Shown here piece by piece: positions 7,136-13,500 of a DNA stretch of 13,500 bases. Each line of letters opens with the position of its first letter. The first letter of the stretch is position 1. This stretch comes from Methanothermococcus sp. SCGC AD-155-E23 (GTDB taxonomy: Archaea > AGJL01 > Methanococci > Methanococcales > Methanococcaceae). Below the pieces are notes generated by a model. It saw nothing but the letters and a program-made list of their open reading frames with translations, did no database searches and was not told where the DNA came from. The position numbers and the translations under genes were made by a program. The stretch spans positions 1-13,500 of the forward strand of contig JAHEQA010000038.1 of NCBI GenBank assembly GCA_019561615.1, given 5' to 3'.

Positions 7136-9412
7136 ATGAAGTTGATAGCCTGGCTAGACGAGATATCCAACAGAGATGTGGATATTGCAGGTGGAAAGGG
7201 AGCCTCCCTTGGAGAGATGTGGAATGCAGGTTTTCCAGTACCTCCTGCATTTGTGGTTACTGCAGATGCCTACAGGTACTTTATAAGGGAGAGTAAGCTG
7301 GACAAGAAGATAAGGGAGATCCTAAAGGATATTGACGTGAACAATCCTGAGGAGTTAAACAGGAAGTCGGAGGAGATAAGGAGATTGATTTTAAATGCCA
7401 AGATGCCCAAGGACCTGGAAATAAGTATTATTGAGAGTTACAACAGGCTCTGTGAGGAGAGTGGTGGAGAGGAGGTATTTGTTGCAGTGAGAAGTTCTGC
7501 CACTGCAGAAGATCTACCTGATGCAAGTTTTGCAGGGCAGCAGGAGACTTATCTCAATGTTAAAGGAGCTGAAAACGTTGTTAAAGCTGTTCAGAAGTGT
7601 TTTGCATCCCTCTTCACTCCCAGGGCTATCTTCTACAGGGAGCAGAAGGGCTTTGATCACCTAGATGTGGCACTGGCTGTAGTTGTACAGAAGATGGTAG
7701 ACTCTGAGAAGTCTGGTGTCCTATTTACAGTAAATCCCATAAATCAGAACTACGAGGAGATGGTGATTGAAAGCGCCTGGGGACTTGGAGAGGGGGTGGT
7801 AAGTGGAGTTGTAACCCCAGATACCTATATCCTGGACAAAAGGACCTTAACTCCAAAGAGTATCTCCGTGGCGAGAAAGGAGGTAATGTTTATAAGGGAT
7901 GAGAAGGGGGAGACGAAAAAGGTGGAGGTACCTGAGGATCTAAAGGAGAAGAGGGTACTCTCCGACGAGGAACTTAGAAGACTTGGCCAGATAGGGTTGT
8001 CTATAGAGAAACACTACGGAAGACCTATGGATGTTGAGTGGGCTATAGAGAAGGGTAAAATATACATGCTCCAGGCGAGGCCTATAACCACATTGGAGAA
8101 GGAGAAGAAGGAGGAAGGGGGGGAGATACTACTGCGAGGTATTGGAGCCTCTCCAGGTTTAGCCTCTGGTAAGGTGAAGATCATCCATGATATCAGGGAG
8201 ATAGAGAAGATAGAGGAGGGGGATGTCCTAGTAACTAAGATGACTACCCCAGATATGGTACCTGCCATGAAGAAGGCCAGCGCCATCGTTACAGATGATG
8301 GGGGACTAACCTGTCATGCAGCTATCATCTCCAGGGAGTTAGGTACCCCCTGTGTTGTAGGTACCCAGAAGGCTACCAAGGTGTTAAAGGATAACATGGT
8401 AGTTACTGTAGATGGAGAGAAGGGTATTGTATACAGGGGGGAGATAAAGAGGGGTGAAAAGAAGGAGAAGGAGATGGAGGCAAGTGCCACTACACCGGTT
8501 ATTATAACTGCAACAGAGATCATGGTAAATGTCTCCATGCCTGAGGTTGCTGAGAGGGCTGCTGCCACTGGAGCAGATGGGGTAGGTCTCCTAAGGGCAG
8601 AGCATATGATACTTGAGACAGGTGTCCACCCCATCAAGATACTTAAGGAGAAGGGGGAGGATGCCCTTGTGGAGGTCTTTGCAGAGGGTATTAGGAAGGT
8701 GGCAGATGCCTTCTATCCAAGACCTGTAACATACAGGACCTTGGATGCACCAACAGATGAGTTTAGAGGGTTGGAAGGTGGGGAGGAGGAACCTGTAGAG
8801 CAGAATCCCATGTTAGGTTGGAGGGGTATTAGGAGGAGTCTAGATGAGAAGGAGATTTTAAAGTGTGAGTTATTAGCTATAAAGAAGCTGAGAAGTGAGG
8901 GGTATAAAAACATAAGGTTGATGATACCTCTAGTTACAAATCCCTCAGAGGTTAGAAAGGTAAAGGAGTTGGCAAGGGAGATAGGCTTAGAGTTAGGGAA
9001 GGATGTGGATTTTGGGGTGATGGTGGAGACACCGGCAGCTGCCCTTATCATAGAGGACATTATAAAGGAGGGAATTGACTTCGTCTCTCTAGGTACAAAT
9101 GACTTAACCCAGTATACCATAGCCATAGACAGGAACAACGAACTTGTTGCAAAGTATTACAGGGAGAATCACCCTGCAGTTTTAAAGTTAATTAAGTACG
9201 TTATAGAGACCTGTAAAAAACATGGTGTTAAAACCTCCATATGTGGTCAGGCTGGAAGTAGACCCTCCATGGTGGAGAAACTTGTTAGGTGGGGTATTGA
9301 CAGTATCTCTGCAAATATAGATGCCATAGATACTATAAGGAAGACTGTTGCAAGAACTGAGCAGAGGATCATCTTGGAGACTATAAGGGACAGAAAACTT
9401 AACATAGATTGA
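7136..9412 (+). CDS. ppsA: Phosphoenolpyruvate synthase (pyruvate,water dikinase)
   Basis: [36 protein letters not shown], phospho-His motif [48 protein letters not shown] and ICGQA. Confidence 0.97.
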   Translation: MKLIAWLDEISNRDVDIAGGKGASLGEMWNAGFPVPPAFVVTADAYRYFIRESKLDKKIREILKDIDVNNPEELNRKSEEIRRLILNAKMPKDLEISIIESYNRLCEESGGEEVFVAVRSSATAEDLPDASFAGQQETYLNVKGAENVVKAVQKCFASLFTPRAIFYREQKGFDHLDVALAVVVQKMVDSEKSGVLFTVNPINQNYEEMVIESAWGLGEGVVSGVVTPDTYILDKRTLTPKSISVARKEVMFIRDEKGETKKVEVPEDLKEKRVLSDEELRRLGQIGLSIEKHYGRPMDVEWAIEKGKIYMLQARPITTLEKEKKEEGGEILLRGIGASPGLASGKVKIIHDIREIEKIEEGDVLVTKMTTPDMVPAMKKASAIVTDDGGLTCHAAIISRELGTPCVVGTQKATKVLKDNMVVTVDGEKGIVYRGEIKRGEKKEKEMEASATTPVIITATEIMVNVSMPEVAERAAATGADGVGLLRAEHMILETGVHPIKILKEKGEDALVEVFAEGIRKVADAFYPRPVTYRTLDAPTDEFRGLEGGEEEPVEQNPMLGWRGIRRSLDEKEILKCELLAIKKLRSEGYKNIRLMIPLVTNPSEVRKVKELAREIGLELGKDVDFGVMVETPAAALIIEDIIKEGIDFVSLGTNDLTQYTIAIDRNNELVAKYYRENHPAVLKLIKYVIETCKKHGVKTSICGQAGSRPSMVEKLVRWGIDSISANIDAIDTIRKTVARTEQRIILETIRDRKLNID

Positions 9413-9426
9413 AGAATGGAGAGAGT

Positions 9427-9741
9427 ATGGTAGATGAGGAGAAGATTCAGGATAGAATTAGCAGGGAGAAGGTGGAGGAGTATCTTAGAAAAACAGAGGA
9501 GGCAATAGAGATTATTAAAAGGGGTCTTCCACCAAGGAGGAGTTTGCTCTACGATGTAGCCCTGGACTTCCTCTCCATGATAGAGTGTTACTTTAAGGAT
9601 GCCAAGGTATTTATAGAAAAGGGTGACTATATAAATGGATTTGCCTCTCTGAACTACGCCTACGGCTGGATAGACGCTGGAGTTCGCCTAGGTATATTTG
9701 ATGTTGGAGATGACGACGTAAAATTTACCTTGGCAAGGTAA
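9427..9741 (+). CDS. DUF357 family protein
   Basis: Motif [35 protein letters not shown]. The ATG at 9427 follows GGAGAG; the ORF track uses TTG at 9409. Confidence 0.85.
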   Translation: MVDEEKIQDRISREKVEEYLRKTEEAIEIIKRGLPPRRSLLYDVALDFLSMIECYFKDAKVFIEKGDYINGFASLNYAYGWIDAGVRLGIFDVGDDDVKFTLAR

Positions 9742-9764
9742 AGGAAAGAAGGACGGTGGGGAAA

Positions 9765-10106
9765 ATGCCTAACTACCATGTAACCCTCCAGGCTCCCTAT
9801 ATAGTAAAGAATGTTGAAGATGCAGAGGATGCCATAAGTGTTGCCATATCCAACGTAGGGAAGTTGTTAAATAAGAACAACATGGAGTACGTTGATATAG
9901 ACGTGGGATTAACTATATGTCCAAAGTGTGGAGAGCCTATAGACTGTGTCCTTGTAGTTGCCAGGACAGCTCTGGTAGGACTACTTCTATCCATGAAGGT
10001 GTTCAATGCAGAGAGTATGGAACATGCTATAAGGATAGCTAAGTCCTCCATAGGTAAGGCCTTGAAGGACATACCCCTTGAGGTTGTAGATGTGGTAGAG
10101 ATATAA
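9765..10106 (+). CDS. DUF555 / UPF0212 family protein
   Basis: [10 protein letters not shown]..., [41 protein letters not shown]. The ATG at 9765 follows GGTGGGG. Confidence 0.85.
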   Translation: MPNYHVTLQAPYIVKNVEDAEDAISVAISNVGKLLNKNNMEYVDIDVGLTICPKCGEPIDCVLVVARTALVGLLLSMKVFNAESMEHAIRIAKSSIGKALKDIPLEVVDVVEI

Positions 10107-10129
10107 TTTTCTTTTTGGTGTTATCAACT

Positions 10130-11161
10130 ATGCTCCCAGATGAAGTTGCCCTGAAGATTATCAGAAAATACATGATAAGATTTGAAAGGGGTGAGGATAT
10201 AGAGGGTTTTAAAAGGGATCTTATTAGAGATCTTCTAAATCACAGGGTGCTAATTAAAACTGAAGATGGCACCTATACCCTACCATCCCAGTGTAGAGAG
10301 GAACTTATGCACTCCAGGATAGGGGCATTAAGGGAGAGTATTGAAAAGTTTGTAATACCCTCAAATCTAAGGTATATGAGAAATCCTAAGGTACTGGATC
10401 TCTGCAGTGGTCTAGGCTACAACGCCCTAGGGGCACTTCACTTCAACAGAGGATGTAAAATAGATATGGTGGAGTGTTGTAAGGAGGTGCTCTTTCTCTC
10501 CCTATGCCTGGACATGCCCTACGAGGAACATGCCCTAATAAAGGATAGAATTAGGGACTTCCTTCAGGGGGATTTAAGAAGAGGGGATATAAACATATAC
10601 CTTGAGGATGGAAGGAGGGTCATTAAAAAGTTAGAGGGTGGATACAACGTAGTATTTCACGACGCATTCTCCCCTCAAAGGGATGCTGTACTTTACACCG
10701 TAGATTTCTTAAGGGAGGTTTACAAGAAGATGGATGACAACAGTATTTTAATATCTTACTCCTCCTCCATACCCTTTAGAAGTGCACTTGTGGAGGCAGG
10801 TTTTGTAATTTCCGAGGGACAACCTGTAGGGAGAAGGAGGGGGATAACAGTAGCCTATAAGAATCCCTCTCCAGATAGGGAGATAAGGAGGATACCCTTA
10901 ACAGATGAGAGACTTATAGCCATATCCACAGTGGGGGTACCCTATAGAGATCCTAACTTAAACCTCACCCATGAGGAGATTGTAAAAAATAGAGCCCTTG
11001 AGAGAAGGGAGTTTAAGAGGAGACTACTGGAGAGAGGGAAGTATTACTCTACAAAAAAGGTTAAGCTAGGTAAGGTGGATAAGGTATTTTTAGATATTCA
11101 GAAGTTAAATTTAAACTCCAGTGAAATAATTTTAAAGATGAGGGAGGTTTTAGGAATTTAG
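10130..11161 (+). CDS. MnmC/MnmD-type SAM-dependent methyltransferase (probably tRNA U34 modification)
   Basis: TEDGTYTL, MHSRIGALRES.EKFV, SAM motif VLDLCSGLGYN and FHDAFSP. The ATG at 10130 follows GGTG. The substrate is inferred from the family. Confidence 0.8.
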   Translation: MLPDEVALKIIRKYMIRFERGEDIEGFKRDLIRDLLNHRVLIKTEDGTYTLPSQCREELMHSRIGALRESIEKFVIPSNLRYMRNPKVLDLCSGLGYNALGALHFNRGCKIDMVECCKEVLFLSLCLDMPYEEHALIKDRIRDFLQGDLRRGDINIYLEDGRRVIKKLEGGYNVVFHDAFSPQRDAVLYTVDFLREVYKKMDDNSILISYSSSIPFRSALVEAGFVISEGQPVGRRRGITVAYKNPSPDREIRRIPLTDERLIAISTVGVPYRDPNLNLTHEEIVKNRALERREFKRRLLERGKYYSTKKVKLGKVDKVFLDIQKLNLNSSEIILKMREVLGI

Positions 11162-11994
11162 TAAAGATTATTTTCTACAGCTCTTCTCATAACTTCAACA
11201 TCTGGTTTTACACCTGTCCATATCTCAAAGGCTAAGGCACCCTGATAGACCAACATCCCAATACCGTTGATAGTTTTTGCACCTCTCTTTTTAGCCTCTC
11301 TAAGTAGGACGGTCTCCCTTGGATTGTATATAAGGTCCATCACCACCATACCACTGTGTATCCTCTCCACATCTATTACAGGCTTTACATCTACATGGGG
11401 ATACATACCCACTGGGGTGGCATGGATAACTATCTCATACCTTCCCACATCTACACTTAGATCTCCATAACCTACCTCTCTATTTAACTTTCTAGAGATC
11501 TCCTCCGCTAAAAGTTTTGCCTTCTCAGGTGTTCTATTTACTATGGTGACCTTGTTATCCTTTGCCATTTCAAAGGCCACAGCCCTTGCAGCACCACCTG
11601 CACCTATTACAAGTATATCCCTTCCCCTTACCTTCCCTATCTCCTCCTCAAGTGCCATACGTGCTCCTAGACCATCTGTGTTGTATCCAAGTGCCATATC
11701 CCCCTCTATTTTCACGGTGTTGACAGCCCCAATAAGTTGAGCCTCCCTATCCAACTTATCCAGGTATTTTATAATCTCCACCTTATGAGGTACTGTAACG
11801 TTGAAACCTCTAAAGGTTCCAAGGGCCTTTGCCCCATCTACTACATACCTCAATTTATCAGGATGGACATCGAAGGCTAGGTATACATAGTTTAAGTCCT
11901 TATCCCTCAGGGCACTGTTGTGCATAAGGGGGGAGAGGGAGTGCTCCACAGGATGCCCAATAAGCCCTAAGAGTTTAGTTTTAGAATCTATCAT
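11158..11994 (-). CDS. aroE: Shikimate dehydrogenase
   Basis: GHPVEHSLSPLMHN, GFNVTVPHK, IGAVNT, GYNTDG, GAGGAARA, NRT, DLIYNP and GMLVYQGA. Confidence 0.96.
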   Translation of the reverse strand: MIDSKTKLLGLIGHPVEHSLSPLMHNSALRDKDLNYVYLAFDVHPDKLRYVVDGAKALGTFRGFNVTVPHKVEIIKYLDKLDREAQLIGAVNTVKIEGDMALGYNTDGLGARMALEEEIGKVRGRDILVIGAGGAARAVAFEMAKDNKVTIVNRTPEKAKLLAEEISRKLNREVGYGDLSVDVGRYEIVIHATPVGMYPHVDVKPVIDVERIHSGMVVMDLIYNPRETVLLREAKKRGAKTINGIGMLVYQGALAFEIWTGVKPDVEVMRRAVENNLY

Positions 11995-13148
11995 GTCAAC
12001 ACCTTTTTAGATCCCATCTCCACTATCTCCCTTATAGCCTTAACTACATACTCCACCTGCTCCCAGGTTAGACCGTAGACACTCATCTTTATCTCCTTAG
12101 TAACCCCTGGCACTATACCTCCAATACCCCTTTTCTTTAACTCATCGTAAAAGAAGTAACCCCTCCTCTTATCCCTCTTAGCTATCTCCTCAAGTACAGG
12201 TGTTTCAAACTTGATAAGGTCATGCTCCTTAGGTTTCACACCTAGCTGTTTAAAACCTACCTCCTCCAATTGCTCCACTACATACCTTGTCTTCTCTAAC
12301 TCCTCTCCCCATCTCTTAACCCTCTCTACCACATATGGAAAACTTGCCATAAGGGTGATCAGAGGTACCCCCCTACTTGTACACCCTAGAAGTTCTACCT
12401 CCTTCTTTGGATAACTCTTAGACCTTCTAAGTACCTCCTCTGCAAACTCCTCCCTCATAGAGAGTATACCTATGGGACCAGATGCCGCCATACTCTTATG
12501 TCCAGAACAGGCTAAGAAGTCCGCCTTTAACTTTTTCCCCTTAACAGGCATCCTACCAACTGTATAGGCACAGTTAAGTAGGAAGGGATATCCCTTTTTC
12601 TTAGCAATCTTCCCAACCTTCTCGGCATCACTTAGATTACCGTAGGATCCATCTACATGGGTAAGTAGTATAAGACCTATACTCTTTCCCTTATCCTCTA
12701 AATTGTCTATAACTTCCTTGTATCCCTCAGGCTCTATCCTGTAGGTGGGATAGCCATCGTTCTTCACGGTGGTATAGTTCAGTCTAGCCCTCTCTATTGC
12801 CACGTAAGAGGTATAGTGGGCATTTTCATCTAGTACTACGTAGTCCCCCTCCTTGCATATGGAGTGCATAACTATAAACTTACTCTCCCTGGCCCCATGG
12901 GTAGGTCTAGAGATATCCATGTCGAGAAACTTAGAGAGATCCTCTAAAAACTCACATACTGGAGGTGTCTTTATCTCATCTAGCCGTCCTCCACAGTAGT
13001 CACATACACTGTAACCATCCCAGTACTCGTAGATAGCCTTCTTAGCCTCTACAGGTAGAACCCCTCCCCTCTGAATAGGGTTTAAATTTATATACTCCCT
13101 CCCAAGGTGCCTGGTGAGGTTTCTATACCTATCCAGGTTTATCTCCAT
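11991..13148 (-). CDS. pscS: O-phospho-L-seryl-tRNA:Cys-tRNA synthase (SepCysS)
   Basis: NPIQRGG, DGYSVCDYC, HGARE, AHYT, PLP-lysine motif SGHKSM and ELLGCT. RBS AGGTGG. ATGA overlap with aroE. Confidence 0.95.
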   Translation of the reverse strand: MEINLDRYRNLTRHLGREYINLNPIQRGGVLPVEAKKAIYEYWDGYSVCDYCGGRLDEIKTPPVCEFLEDLSKFLDMDISRPTHGARESKFIVMHSICKEGDYVVLDENAHYTSYVAIERARLNYTTVKNDGYPTYRIEPEGYKEVIDNLEDKGKSIGLILLTHVDGSYGNLSDAEKVGKIAKKKGYPFLLNCAYTVGRMPVKGKKLKADFLACSGHKSMAASGPIGILSMREEFAEEVLRRSKSYPKKEVELLGCTSRGVPLITLMASFPYVVERVKRWGEELEKTRYVVEQLEEVGFKQLGVKPKEHDLIKFETPVLEEIAKRDKRRGYFFYDELKKRGIGGIVPGVTKEIKMSVYGLTWEQVEYVVKAIREIVEMGSKKVLT

Positions 13149-13159
13149 TAAACCACCTT

Positions 13160-13176
13160 AAAAAAATAAAAAGAGA
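13160..13176 (-). terminator. Oligo-T tract after the S3Ae stop codon
   Basis: The minus strand reads TCTCTTTTTATTTTTTT directly downstream of the TAA at 13180..13178. Confidence 0.45.
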
Positions 13177-13177
13177 T

Positions 13178-13338
13178 TTACTCCTCACCTTTCTCCTCAG
13201 GAGTCTCCAAGGGTTTACCAAACTCTAAAACCTCAGACTTGTAGATCTCCACTTTTTTAAGTGGGAATATCTTCTTACACTCCTCGTATATCTTTGTACT
13301 TAACTCATCTAGGAGCATGGCCTGGACAAACTCTGGGA
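13178..13338 (-). pseudogene. rps3ae: 3' fragment of 30S ribosomal protein S3Ae (eS1), with its 5' part replaced by top6A sequence
   Basis: Hand translation gives IPEFVQAMLLDELSTKIYEECKKIFPLKKVEIYKSEVLEFGKPLETPEEKGEE*. KKIFPLKKVEIYKSEVL is the characteristic archaeal S3Ae C-terminal motif. Not in the ORF track. Confidence 0.85.
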
Positions 13339-13500
13339 TTGCAAACTCCATCATCTTAACAGTTTGTGCAAAGATCTTAGCCTGGTTAACTGTTAAGGTC
13401 CTCTCCTTCTCCTTTCCCAGGAGTACAAAGGTACCCTTCTCCTTGTCAAATTTTGCATTACTTAAACTTCTAATAGGTATCTTAAGTTTTGGTCTCTTAC
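13339..13500 (-). repeat. Right arm of the exact inverted repeat: copy of top6A 36..197, running off the window edge
   Basis: The reverse complement translates KRPKLKIPIRSLSNAKFDKEKGTFVLLGKEKERTLTVNQAKIFAQTVKMMEFA, identical to Top6A. Confidence 0.97.

Noticed and set aside
7105-7296. 63-aa Cys-rich ORF overlapping the ppsA start
   Set aside because: It is an alternative frame of ppsA with a GTG start and no RBS. The cysteines come from frame-shifted reading of conserved PpsA codons.
820-12414. Short opposite-strand ORFs (820..1002, 2687..2875, 3685..3888, 6407..6652, 6653..6904, 8014..8286, 8314..8637, 8713..9138, 9797..10072, 11267..11470, 11543..11740, 12211..12414)
   Set aside because: All are antisense shadows of well-supported genes, rich in Ser/Phe/Leu as expected from the complement of purine-rich codons, with no recognisable motifs.
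36-13500. Reading the 162-bp inverted arms as terminal repeats of a transposon, casposon or provirus
   Set aside because: The arms are top6A coding sequence, the enclosed genes are housekeeping, and no transposase, integrase or target-site duplication is visible.
1-13500. tRNA, rRNA, CRISPR array or SECIS element
   Set aside because: Intergenic gaps are all 175 bp or less and AT-rich. There are no GC-rich structured segments, regularly spaced repeats or in-frame TGA selenoprotein candidates.

Overview
Archaeal chromosomal window from a Methanococcales-type methanogen (GGTGA/GGAGG ribosome-binding sites, SepCysS, and close resemblance to Methanocaldococcus/Methanococcus proteins as I recall them). 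Left to right: top6A (5'-truncated by the window); a minus-strand three-gene cluster of membrane-anchored, pilin-like proteins, two carrying a DUF2341-type plus beta-rich module; phoU and pstB with no pstS/C/A; divergent ppsA followed by DUF357, DUF555 and an MnmC-type methyltransferase; then minus-strand aroE and pscS (SepCysS). The most striking feature is missing from the ORF track. Bases 13339..13500 are an exact 162-bp inverted copy of bases 36..197 (5' part of top6A), fused in frame to the 3' end of the ribosomal protein S3Ae gene. This is either an amplification/assembly chimera (more likely) or a real inverted duplication. Other points of interest are the apparent loss of pstSCA from the ppsA/pst locus and the compositionally mosaic DUF2341 adhesin-like genes. 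No tRNA, rRNA, CRISPR array or transposase was seen. All family assignments are by motif recognition, not database search.
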